Shown here piece by piece: positions 1 through 13,080 of a stretch of 57,261 nt of DNA. A program made the translations under genes and the position numbers. The stretch's first letter is position 1. Each line of letters opens with the position of its first letter. The notes under the pieces are model-generated. The model did no database searches. It was not told the DNA's origin and saw nothing but the letters and a program-made list of their open reading frames with translations. The stretch is from Atractiella rhizophila (lineage: Eukaryota): NCBI GenBank assembly GCA_021432655.1, contig MU271476.1:1-57261 (forward strand), given 5' to 3'.

Positions 1-1848
1 TGAGAGGCTACCGACCGAGAAGAGGGGTTGGTAAGACGCTAGTAGGGTGCGGTGGACGGTTGTCATGCTCGGTGGGTATGCGAGAATAGAAGAAAGAGGT
101 CGTACATGGGCTCCATGGAGCTCAATAGCTCGTATGTAGCGAAATATAGACCTGCAAAGATGGTTACATGCAACGAAAACTCACCAAAAAAGCGCGCAAA
201 CCAATCTTTTGCTAAGACTATCCGGATTCGCGCTTACTCCAACGGTGTATGAGCTGTTGTGGTTGAAATATTTGCGTTCAGAAATGGTCGGATCGGGTTT
301 CGAACCGTTCCGGTTGCAGACTCCAGCGCTGCTGGATTTTGGATGGGTTTGCTTTCTTAAATTTGTAATGATGCAGTAATTCATATTACCAATGTAGCGT
401 ACGCACATGATTTTTGCAAAGCATCGTTTTCCAAATATCTAGTGGAGTCTGGCTCGGGGGCTAGCACAACCACGGAAGTCCAAGAATTGGCTCGCTGGTG
501 TACAGTAGTCCAAAATACCTCCCGAACGAAATGCGATTATTTATTCAAAATGCAAGGTTAAACTTCATTGATGTCAACAAAACCTTCACGACCTGCCAAG
601 ATCACATCACAGGGTCCTACAGAAGCAGGGCGGCTGAATAGGGTCCATGTTTGTCATTCATTACTGCTAAATGATGCCACCACCCACAACTCATAAACCC
701 ATGCCTCTAATTTCCGGACCCAACTCCATCACGTCGATAAAAATCGAGCCTTATTTCCAGGCCACCTGTGACTCTCTTTTCCCACTTTGATATTCTCTCC
801 TTCCTTCCCATTGGGGCGACTTTTTGATATCCTAATTATGAAACCTCTGTGACCTTGATCCTGATGGCACAGAAGACGCATTATTGGAGTCACCAAAACC
901 GGGCATGACGTGCGAAGACGATAAGGAGTCGGTGGAAGTTGTTATGAAGGTGTCCGTCCTGTCTGTCTTGCCAGGTACGCCTTTTCTTTTACTTATTGGC
1001 AGTGTTAAGAGACCGGTGGAATGGTAGTTTCTGTCGGAGAAGGCTAAGGAACAGTCATCATGTCGGGTTATAAATCACATTTGCCTTGACCTCTTCACTT
1101 CTCCAAATCCGTTCGAATCGGTCTATGGCTGTTATCTATCTATCCATCCCTGGCCCTTACGCTTCTCCCGTCGTTATCCTTGAAATGCTGGGCTGGAAAG
1201 GGGATTGAAGCGCGTTGATGCAGATAGATGAGGCATTAGATGTTGGGTGGAATCTTATCTTTTGACCATTGGTGAGCTCACCTTGCTTGTCCGTCTAGTC
1301 TTTGTCGCTTGAGAGAATGTTGCGTCTTCATCTTCGTCTTTGAACTGTGATACAATAGCTGTGTTGACCGCTTCCAGTTGAATGGACCCACGGTTGTCCG
1401 TTGATTTCCGGATGGAATGCAGGTGGACGACATCTGGAACATCAACATTGGCAATCATCGCAGAGATTGCAGTTGCTGCTTCCTCCTGCTTCGCTTACAT
1501 TGTCCCTGTCCTGTGGCTTTCATTTCCACTACGGGAGCGAATGTAGCCTCGGGATGAGCAGAAACGCGCACCGTTCTCAACGTCCTAAACGAGGAGATGC
1601 AGATAGTGATCGTTAGAGATGCAGTGAGGGGACGAGAGATGGCAGATCTCGCCCAGCGTCACTCAATCTCGCCAGACCCGACGGACTCAGGGCTGAATAC
1701 AAGTGGACTAGTCGATCGGGGTTATTTGGCGACCGGACCCTTGCCGGGCGGTCATGATTGATTGGCATGGGACAGGAGCAGGGGCTGGGCTTTCTCTCGC
1801 ATTAGTCTGATTCTTCGTCGAGGAGTGCTCAATTCGAGCAAGCTGAAT

Positions 1849-2952
1849 ATGGAAGCCTCCCATGTCTATTCGTCTTCGGACCCATATCCAACGTCCTTCA
1901 ATCCAGAAGAGACACGAGCAACAGACTTGCATGAGGTCCCGCCATTCATCCACCCGTATCAGCCTCCAACTGTGCCGTTCTCCAACTTGGAGGCTAGGCC
2001 GTGGAGGAACGCTTATAGCCAATTAGATCGACGTGCCATTCCCATGTTTCCTTTGATCAATCACGGATTCGAGACTTTCAGGGACCCATTGGCGGCCTAC
2101 TTAACCCCCACCTCAAACGATTTCGGGTTTCCTTGGACCTCTAACCCCCTATTTGTGCCGTTACAGAACCACCAGGCTAACCATCCACCGTATGCTCCTC
2201 TCCTGGAGCCGATCGCTGAATATCCTCTAGGACTTAACCAAATTTATCCAACTTCCAAAGCGCATAGCGTGTCTGCTGGTTTGTTCTCCGCATACCCTAG
2301 AGGATTTTTAGAGACATGCTCCCAGCAGATTTCTCGAACACGAATGCGTCGTTTGCTCAACCATTTCCCGTGCCACCCGCTGTCAACTGTGACCACTTGG
2401 TCATGAATCCCAGCCCGTTCGAGGAGACCATATCCAACTGTTCTGGGAACATGGGTATGTCTTTTTGTCTCCATCTCCATCTTGTTGATGACGATCTTAA
2501 CTCATTTTCTAGGAATGAACGCCGCGCCGGTTCCCAACGAAGCTGGTATGGTTACAGACGGAGAGTTAGGTTTGCAGCGCTGACTACTTTATAGGACCTG
2601 AGAACATACTGGCAGGTTCAGAAGTAAAGTCCACCAACGCACATAGGAGAAACAGTACGCTGTGTTCCACCTGATGTCATCATGCTTGAATGCGTATCAT
2701 TTAGCTGCTAAACTCAAGATCACCCAGCTTAAACGAACCTTCATCCTCTATTTCGAAAGAGAAGCAAAAAGGATTTGGACGAAAGAAGAACTACTGCAAC
2801 ACGGACGCGATCTGGAAGAAGAATGCTTAGAAGGTCCTGTTACCTTCGGACCGAGTACTAGTGTAGCATATGTTGAGGTTACTTTCGGTGGAAAGGTGTG
2901 CTTACCTTTCGCGACTAATCACGTAGAGCGAAACAGTGCGCTACATGTTTGA
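1849..2952 (+). CDS. Putative spliced gene of unknown function (Pro-rich N-terminus); 3' end uncertain
   Basis: ATG 1849 opens MEASHVYSSSDPYP... ORF pieces 2316-2594 and 2662-2952 are linked by GT...AG-like segments (e.g. gtatgt at ~2456). A frame change near 2300 is unexplained. No recognisable domain. Confidence 0.35.
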
Positions 2953-5900
2953 CTGCTTCGCTTTCTGATGTATGCAACAGATTTTCTACGGGGACAATTA
3001 AAATCAATTGGTAGAGCCATTCATCCCTTTATTGTTTCTCAATCTAACTATGGCACCTGCTCGTAGGTGATTGTGCGCACAAACCATCATTCAAATTTAA
3101 TGGCAAAAAGCCGTCGGTCATCGTGTAAGGCCTTCCTCTATATGCTAGCTGCAAGTGTTGCTGCTCAAGAAGTTACTTAGGAATCATATCACTGATAGAG
3201 AACGCTGCCCGCTGCACAAGAAATATCCCGACCTGATAAAATTTGCAGAATGGTGTCGCGATCTCTGAAACAAGCAACGAGATTTCCTTTTACATCTTTG
3301 AATAGCTCACATTTGTCTGCTCCCGGTCCAATCGTCTCCGTATACTGCTCATGTCTCCGAAGATCGTCATTCCTTGAGTTACACCTGCTTGCTGCTTTCA
3401 TCGTTTACCTTCTGTGCCTTTCTGCGTTAACTGGTGACCCCGTCTGTATTGCATGTTGTTGCTTTGATACTATGTCTTCGTTTCATCCACTCCCACCTTC
3501 CACCAAGAGCATCATCCATCCAAAAGTCAGTACGGTAACCAATGCCATTTCTTCTGCCTCCTGCAATAGAGTACATAGAATTGCATACGTTCTCTTTACC
3601 AGTCGTAGACTTGGGGAGCAGTTGTGATATTCTTTGAAGAAAGGAAAAGCCGCGATAATCATCTCTCAACTGCTATAGTCTTCACAGGATGTTGTCAACA
3701 CCCAGAGGGTAGAAGAGGCAGCGGTTGTCTGCAAGACGGCGTACTGTAGCGAATTGCCATGGACTCAAACTTTAGGAGTTGTTCAGTCCCAGCGGCTGCA
3801 TTGCATTTTCTTCTTCCACCCTTTTCGTCAACGAGGGCTTGGACCCTAGTCTGCCGTTCCATGTTCCCGCCGTGTTAGCTGATGGTCATTATCCTTCGGC
3901 TAGTGCGAGGTACAGCAGCCCCGCTTACCCTTCTCGACCTACCCGAACAACTCCTCTTGAAGACTGCGCTTCAGACCGCAAAGATCAAAAATCCCGCAAC
4001 CTCAGCTTCAACGTGACTTGTCTGGGTATTCACTGGTCAGCAGGACGCTCCAGAATGTTACGTCCAGCACTATTTTTGACTCCTATGCTTGCTTGCGACT
4101 GGGCATACTTGAACCGTTTGCCAACTTGCTTCCACTCCGCTCAGAATTCCAGTTGAGAGGACATTTCGTCGGACTGGAGAAGGCAGAGGTTGAACTTGGG
4201 ATGAAGTCCAAAAAGTCCTATTCGGCGGCTAACTATACTTGGTGGTGAAAAGTGAGAAGGAGAAGCTGTTGTATCCGAAAAACAAGCGTGTGATAAGAGG
4301 ATTTGTCAGAAATCTGCAACGCGATAGAGCGTATATAGACAGAGTTTGATGTATCCCGACGTTGAGCCTCCTCTTCAGAAAGAGTTGCGGCGGACCGGAT
4401 TTTCCATGATTATGGTCCTGGAAGTGATGACGGTCTGGTTTCAGCGGTGGGCAGGGCTGTATGTGATGGAGAAGTGGGCTCGGAAGAGGCACAAATCGAT
4501 TAGCTGCTGATTCGAGAGTTTATGATCCTGCTAAGCGAAACTATTCGCAAAATAAAGACAAACTTTAGAGGAGATTAATAAGCCTTGCCTGCACGTTTCA
4601 GAGGTTGCATTATATCAAACGGGTTGGTTGAGATTAAACCTTTATCATTTCCATTTTGTTTGCTACAAAATTGTCGATATGAGCTTCGACCCAACTCTGT
4701 TTTCAGACATCCACAACAACAACTTACATCAGAAACCAATCAGCGACTCTGCAGCACCATCCACACCAACCAACCGTATCCACAGATCACAAGAGAGTTC
4801 GGAGACCCCGCAAGCATCAGAACTGGTAGCGAATGAAGCTGAATACTTTGTTATTAATGATGGCGATGAAGAGGAGTAAGGAGCTCAACCAATTGCTGGC
4901 ATGCGTTGCCCCGACCGTTTGTTCTCGTCCATCACATTCAAGCTCAGCACCTCCTTTTCCAATGCATCCGGAACAGAAGGAAAGGAAATCAACTGACTCT
5001 GATTGCCTCCGAACCCGTGTCCTGCTTCAGAATTTTCATTCAAATCTGCATGAAGGGAGAACGGACATATTTATTCTCGCTCGCGCCACCGCTAGCGATG
5101 TTTTGAGCAGTGCCTGCTTGCTTCTGAAGTTCTGACCCAATTGCTGCAACCCACTCTCTCGATGGCCTTGGTCTCTCACTCGTCCGAACGCTGCAAGGGT
5201 CATCTTTTTCGAGTCGAGGGTGAAGTCCTGGGGTGCTGCCCTGAAATCCATTCTTGCCATGTTCTACGATGGTTGCACAGTGAAGCATGTGGTTTGTCTG
5301 ATTTCTCTTGTTCGGAGAAAAATCCTGCTTTCAATGCTGCCTATTGCTCTATAGTACTTCCTGTCGGTATTTGGAGTCCTTAGATATGGGAAAAGGCATA
5401 CCATCATTGTTTTTTTTTTTAAAAATTTGTTCTCAAGAGCCATAGCGCGGTCTCATCTTCCTCGTGCCCAGATCCGTATGTGCGAGGCTAGTGATCTCCG
5501 TCGACGCACCCAGTTGGTTCGACTCTTAGTCTGACGAAGGCTTGAATCTCACCTTAACTCCTCTGCTCCTCATATTGGAACAGGGGCTACGTCATTGAAT
5601 CGTCGCACCTCAGTCTGCCAAATGAGATCAATGCACGTGTACCGAAGTGAGATATCAATGTTTGCTGACCAGCAATCTCTCCTAAAATAAGATGAGAATC
5701 TAATGGTTGACAGGCTAAAGCTTACGTCCTCCGTTTTGAATTTATCCTCTTACAAAACTCTGTCTTCTCTAAGCACTATGTTCAACATTTTCCTGCCGTC
5801 ATGAATACAAAATGTACATTTCTTGCCTGATCTTAACGGACGGTGAGATGTCAGCTGCGATATGTTACACAACATAGAACTCACTCGCATGTTCGCCAGT

Positions 5901-7035
5901 TCTCCACACTCTGGATTTATCCCAGATGTTCTATTGTCCACGCAGCCTGATTTGATGATCAATCCTACTCAAGCGGTAGGTCAGAGGAGACGGCGAGTCA
6001 ACATGTGAACGCCTGTCACCGCTAGTTATGCATAGGACCAGGTAATTTTCTCGATCAATTTTTGTCAACAAAATGGAGCAGTAGACATCATGAAGCACTC
6101 TAGCTTGCAGTATCGCCACTTTGTACTCAGTCCCCATCATCTATCGTCGCGAAAATAAATCCAAATTGTGTTCTGTTAATGTCAACCCTCAAACAACGAT
6201 GCATTTGGTGATAATTTGTCCGGAATGTTGTTGCTGGAACTGTATCCAGAGAGCGTTTTTCCCTTGTTTCAGTTGTGTGAAACAACTGTTACACTCCGAA
6301 TAAATACTCTTGATTGGAAGCAATTACTGTTAAGCTCCAGCACCATGTATATTACAGGTGCGTCATCCTGTAAACGATCACAGACTAGGAATATGTCAAC
6401 ACAAATCATGCACGCAATGTAAAATGCAGAACGACAACATGGAGCACTTTCAGTGACTCAACTAGATTCATATTTTTATGAACTGTGTGCCATGATATTG
6501 CATAGAGTTTCTCAGAAAATGCGAATTGGGTGCGCTACCACAAGCAATTTGCTGAAGGCTCAGGATATTATACAGCAGCCCAGCATCAACGACTGAAAAG
6601 AGAAAAAGACAGAGTATCAAGTCCTCGACTGACTGACCTTGAGGGAATCAGCACAGCTTGGCAATTCTTGCCCCCCTATGCAGTCAGAGTTTAGATTTCT
6701 AGACGATGGGTCCGCTTCCAAAAAGTCTTTTTCCATAGATCAAGAGTACCATTGCGTCAGAGTCACGCCTGACTATTGGAATGCTAGGACAAAGACGTTG
6801 TTGAGACATACAGGGAAAAGGCTATAGGTCCACTTCAGCGGCAAAGCGTAACCGAGGGATGCGGGCCGAAATAAGCCATGAGGAATGTTTTCCTTGTCGG
6901 TTTGGTTGTTGTGTTATCTGTCCCACTAAAGCCTTAGAATTCTGTAGTTTGCTAACAACAGCCCTCTGGACAACCACCGCCTCCCAGAAGCCTCCAGCCA
7001 AGCTTTCGCATATACCCAGCTGAGGAGTGCACACG

Positions 7036-10000
7036 ATGTCCCTCACCAACTTCAAGCGACTGTTCAAGTCATCAAAACGATCGAGAGACCAGTACTACGA
7101 CTCTGATCCTTACAGCCACGGCAACCAACAGCAGGGGAATCAGAGTCCTTATGCCAATGGAAGCACCTTTGGAAACGGGATGAGCAGTGGGAGCACCTTC
7201 GGAAATGGTGGTGGTGGACAGGCGTTCATGAGCAATAACAATTATCCGTCTGAGTTTGGCGCCAATCTCAATTCCTACGTATGTCCTCTCGATTTTCTTT
7301 CGGGAGGTTTCATTCGAAATTTTTGGCTGCATATTATTACGTTGCATATGGAAGAACTGAACCCTCTGCTCAGATTGGTTCTGTTATATTTTCCGATGCC
7401 TGAAACATTAAGCTGCCTCGCCGATCTGCATAATACAGAGAGTTGCCTGTTGCAGGCGTCTAAGGACTGTGTCAGGTTAACTTGTGACTGTAGAGAACTG
7501 TAGATGAGGCAAATAGTCTATCCACTCACTGCGTGGAATTAGCCAAGTACAGGTCTGAGGCTGTAACAATGTTGTCATTTGCTTCGCATAAGTCAATGGA
7601 ATCTAAGCGGAATATTCACTCGTCTCCTTTCTCTTCTGACAGCCTAGAAGCGGGATGTGAATCTGACATACACATTGGTAATAGAACAATCCTTTGCCTC
7701 CTTTACCTCCTCAATCCCCTCCAATACAGCAACACCAACAACAGCAATTCTCTCAACAACAGCTACATGCCCAGCACCCACAACAATCCTACACTCCCCA
7801 ACCCTCTCCAAACAACCTAATCCGTCCACAACCCATCCATCCCCCCTCCTCTCCCCAACCCGTTCAATCATCACATTCGCAATCACACGGCCCAACCTCT
7901 CGCGTCACTTCTCCCTCTTCCTCTTCAGGTCACTATGGCTCTAATCTTAACGGCTTCGGCAGCCCCTCCTTGTCTTCCATGCCAACATCGATGTCTCCTG
8001 GATCCATGCAACAGCAACAAAATGGACACCAACAACCCGAACAGGCGTATAGGATCGGAGAGGATACGGGTGGAGGAGGAGGGAGCATGACTTATACCCC
8101 TGGTGCGAGGGGACCGAATGCTCCAGCGACGAGACCACAAGAAGGAAAATTGAGCGTGGGTATCGATTTTGGGTGTGTCCCTCGCCTATCCCATACCTCG
8201 TTTTGGATGCTGAATGACATGGATGAGAGAACAGGACAACCTTCTCGGGTGTTGCTTATGCAAGTTCTCGTTTGACCAGCATCGCTAGCTCGACTGGAGG
8301 GACAGCGAACGCTGAGATCCGACAGATCTTAAATTGGCCCGGATCGTACGAGACCTATCGCAAAGTGGGTCGTATTTCCGTCCTGCCATGGATTCAACAC
8401 AGATTGTGTATCTTGATGGATAGGTTCCAACTTGCATGTTGTACTCCATACCGACCAGAATGGACGAAGAAGCACGCATTTTGGCTTGGGGATTGGAGGC
8501 AAAGAATGCGACCGTGATGGATGGAATGCTGCGGTACGATTTCAACCTTCACAATCATTTGTCATTTTTGAGAAAGATCAGGATGGATATTGACGGTGGG
8601 ATTGATGCAGGTGCGAATGGTTCAAGCTTTTCCTCGAGCCCTCGGCGTTGCGAGACGGAGAAATGGTGGATAAGCGATTACCCGCTCTCCCGCCAGGAAA
8701 GGTGCGCTTGTTCATTTCATTATATTTCCTCGGCGAAGAGTGGCATTGAGATTGTGTCGAATGGATGTAGGAACCGATAGATGTGATTGTGGATTATTTG
8801 ACCTGTCTATGTACGCTTGGCTCTTGATTTCCCAGGCAACTTGACTGATGCTGGCAAAAGGGGAATATGCACGCACACGCATCACAGAGGATATTGGATC
8901 TGTCGCAGATTTGGGTATGTGTGATATCCTCCTCTTTTGCTACAACCTTAACTCGGTATCGGATGAAATCAGACTCAGCAGACGTAATTCTCACTGTCCC
9001 TGCAGCCTGGGATGAGGCTGGATGTTCCTTGATGAGGGAAGCAGCCATCAAGGCTGGGATGGTAATGAACTCTGGAGGCGACGATAAGAACTGGAGGGAC
9101 CGTTTGAGGATCATCACGTGAGCCATGCACCTCTCTTTCTTTAGCCTTAGCAGGAGCGGATCTGAGAACATCGTACCCCAAACAGCGAACCAGAAGCAGC
9201 GGCCATTCATGCGTCCACCCTGACGAGCTTGCATAAACTGCGCGTGAGTCAGAGCTTCATCATTTGCGATGCTGGTATGTCCTCATCTTCTCCATCAACC
9301 CTTGCTGACGACGGATCATAGGCGGAGGAACCGTGGATACAGCTGTCTACAAACTCATCGGCAACTTGTCGCAACTCGAGATCGCAGAGACGGTGACGAG
9401 GAGCGGAGCAAACTGTGGTAGTCTGTTCTTAGATCTGAGGTTCAGGGATCTCGTGAGGAACATGTGCGTGTTTACCACCCTCTTTCTGCCGTCATGGAGT
9501 AAAGAACAAAAGTTGATGATTTTCACCTGACAGACTGAAGGATCATCCGATCCATCTCGACCCTCCCAGTTTGGCTAGCTTCATGCACTCCTTCTCAGAG
9601 ATCGACAAACTTGCGTATAGGGGAGAAGTGGACGACTGTATGAAATTCCTTCTTCCCTCCCACCCCAAGTAAATTAACATCGCTCTTGGTTGACAGTTAC
9701 TTGGTTCCGGTTCACCACTTTCAATGTTGAGGATGGTAACGACCCCGCTATTGGATTGGAGTACGGCGAGCTCTCCATACCCGGTCACATCCTACGACGA
9801 GAGGTGTTTGATCCCGTTGTTGGTACGCACCTTCGCTCTTATTTCCCTCCATCTTCCTGACTTCCTAACTTTTCGTGGGAATGAAGACCAAGTCATCCTT
9901 CTCCTAGACCAACAAATGCGCAAAGCTCAGCAACGCATTGACTGTATCATCATGGTCGGCGGATTTTCTGCTTCCGAATACCTCTTCACCCGCGTCCAAC

Positions 10001-10752
10001 ATGCCTTCGGACAGACAGTTCGTGTGATTGCAAGACCGCAGGATTGCGATATTGCTACTCTGCAGGGCGCTGCGCGATACGGTCTGGGTTTGAGGGGAGG
10101 CAAGAATTGGGTATCGTCCGTCATTTCGCCGAGAGCTTATTGCATGAGCGCGTTTTCTCCTCTATTTGGTGCATGGATGCTTACAGACGATCCACAGAGG
10201 TCAAACTCCCAGCGGAGCCCCAAGATTACCATGCACGTCCAGCATATATTATTCGGAATGATGCTGGAATTGAGGTTTGCGAGAATCGTTTGCAATATCT
10301 GGTGCAAAAAGGAGCTGTGTTGAAGAAGGGACAGAGGGTCAGGACGAGGTTTTGCAAGTATGCTAGAGGTGGGTATATCCTAAATTAGTTCGTGCTAGCG
10401 CTGATAGCTGCGGTGAACCTGAAGGACCGAGCGACTCATTCTTCACTGCTGTGATGTACACGAGCGATAATCCGAACGTCTTCAGGTATTCTGATGAAGG
10501 TAATGCATCCCTTCTTTCGCAAAGCTGCTGAGAGGCTGACGTGTGCGTGAAGGTGAGACATTCGAGCTCTGTCGCTGGACCGTCGATCTATCCGCCCTCC
10601 CCGACTTCTCTCGAAAGGTGCAAGCGCCAGGAGGCGCTTTCCTTGAATTCGATCTTGGTCTCGAGTTGGATAGTGCCGAAGTGAGAGGAGTATTGTTGAC
10701 GGACGATGGAAGGGAGTGTGGCAAAGCAGTTTTCGATTTCCTTGGGTCTTAA
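7036..10752 (+). CDS. Hsp70-family (HSPA12-like) actin-fold ATPase with Q/P/S-rich N-terminal extension, multi-exon
   Basis: Spliced motifs VGIDFG|TTFSGVAY, ILTVPAAWD, EPEAAAIH, ICDAG|GGTVD, GANCGSLFLD, IMVGGFSASEYL and GAARYG. Many ~50-nt GT-AG introns. Ends AVFDFLGS*. Confidence 0.9.
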
Positions 10753-11208
10753 TCTAGCAATCTGTCAATGGGGGATCTTATATTGGATGCTCGAGGAGCT
10801 CATAATATACTTTCACTTCTGATTTTCTTTAGCTTGTGGAGTGTAGACTTGGATTGTTGGATCGTAGTGACATGATACCCAGTCGTTTGCATCCCGAGTC
10901 CTCAAGCAGCATCGATTCATTAAGCACATGCATAGACAGGAATGACACGAGCTAGAATCAGTACAATGTTTGGGTTGGCTTGTTCGTAACTTACTCTGGA
11001 GTTCAAGTTGTTTACTTCGATAAATAAAGTTTGCTCAAGCAGGACATATTCGAACGACGAGAGTGGATATGGCAGAGGACTCCCTATTACTTTATTACTT
11101 GTTGGCGTCATGGTACGCCTTCCTGCCGCGTCCACAAAGATTTTTGCGACGTCGCAGGGACATACAGTTTCACAATGCAGGGGCAGGAAAGACGAATTAT
11201 CGTGACCA

Positions 11209-11593
11209 NNNNNNNNNNNNNNNNNNNNNNNNNNNNNNNNNNNNNNNNNNNNNNNNNNNNNNNNNNNNNNNNNNNNNNNNNNNNNNNNNNNNNNNNNNNN
11301 NNNNNNNNNNNNNNNNNNNNNNNNNNNNNNNNNNNNNNNNNNNNNNNNNNNNNNNNNNNNNNNNNNNNNNNNNNNNNNNNNNNNNNNNNNNNNNNNNNNN
11401 NNNNNNNNNNNNNNNNNNNNNNNNNNNNNNNNNNNNNNNNNNNNNNNNNNNNNNNNNNNNNNNNNNNNNNNNNNNNNNNNNNNNNNNNNNNNNNNNNNNN
11501 NNNNNNNNNNNNNNNNNNNNNNNNNNNNNNNNNNNNNNNNNNNNNNNNNNNNNNNNNNNNNNNNNNNNNNNNNNNNNNNNNNNNNNNNNNNNN
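11209..11593. other. Assembly gap (N run)
   Basis: 385 consecutive N. Confidence 1.
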
Positions 11594-13080
11594 TCCTCTG
11601 TCCTGTCCCCCATCTCCACCTTCCTCTGCCACCCATGCCTCCGCAAGTCACGTTCTCCCGCCGACGTGCTTAAGAACCAGATGCTGCATATGCAATACCT
11701 GCCGATGGCAGGAGTAGAAAGTGCACCTCTCGGTGCGTGTTGCCATCGCCTTGAAACGATCTCATTCTACTTCCCATAGGAAACGCGTCACCTTGCTGGG
11801 CAGGGGTTTGGCTTCTGGTCCATTCTTTATATTATCTTAAGGTATCATAGGGACGTGCTTTGACGGGAATCGAGGCCAGACCAGCACGACGAGCAAAGAA
11901 GGTGAGATTAAGCAGAGTTTGTTGCGAATCCTAGCTGACTGGCGTATTTAGCAACCCGACCCGCACCTGATGATGGAAGCTGATTGCGCCATCTGTCATA
12001 ACAGCTTTGTTCCCTTGATGGATAATCAATAGAGTGAATCGCTTCAGTGAATATTCAAGTCTTGCGTTAGACAAACCAATCAAGAAAGAGGAGGCTCGCT
12101 CACTTTCTTTCATTCAATGGAAGACGATTGAAAACTGCTTACAGAGCCCTGTGATTCAGGAGATCGAAGCCCCACCAAGGATTCAGGAGGCGAAGTCTGT
12201 TTCTACCACGACCCTGAAGCATGACAGAGTCTCAGGAAAGGTGATGCTCGTTCTGCATCCTCCCAACACTCTTTCTCACCATTTGCAAAACGCAAATCTG
12301 TCTCAGGCTGATGCATTACAGCAACAGCGTGTACATCCTCCTCATCTTACCATCTGACTCATTGCAAATGCAGTTACACGATAGATAGATTGGTGAAGAA
12401 AGCACAATTAGATAGGGTACCAACGTTTCTGCAGAAGGCGGAAGCGACCAACACATCAAAAGGCACATTCAAGGGAAAATGGGGGTTTGATACACCGTCT
12501 AAACCAGATTTAACTCGACGTCATCCTCACTGAAGTCTTTGCGTCCGCACTGAATGTGGTTTGTTGCCAGTACATCATGAGAAGTCGTCCCCTTGCTGCT
12601 TTCCAATAAAGTGTATGTAACTGAGTGGGGAGGATGAGGTCAAGACTGAGTGAGAAAGCGGCGCTGTCCCAAGTAAGGAGCATTAAGGATCTCTGGTGCT
12701 TGTAATGGACGATAATAAGGCGATCAGGTCGGTTTGTCCATCAGCTGGGATGAACTGCAGTGGGAGCCTTAAACCATACTCTCAACTTCAGCCATGGAAC
12801 AAAGAATTTCATGTTTACTGAGCGATAGAAAGAATCCTTTGTTCTGTTATAGCTAAACAGCTTAAGGAGCGTCAATTTAGCGCAGCCTTCACCGGCCGCC
12901 AATAAGGCTCGACTTCTATGGGGTTTTGCTACAACGGTCGATTAATCGTCTAGCGTTCAGCCCAGAGATAATGACTGCCAGAGACAATCCAGGTTCGAGC
13001 AGAAAACAACACCCCTTCAGCTTTCCTTCAGTGTCTCCCTGAGCATCGCGAACCTATTAGAGATTATGAGATGAAACTAC

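Noticed and set aside
3189..5400. Scattered short ORFs suggesting a decayed gene or transposon
   Set aside because: No recognisable motif or consistent frame.
5440..5540. tRNA B-box-like GGTTCGACTC
   Set aside because: T-stem and acceptor stem do not pair; no cloverleaf could be built.
10920..11779. Long ORFs spanning the gap
   Set aside because: Artefacts of translating N.
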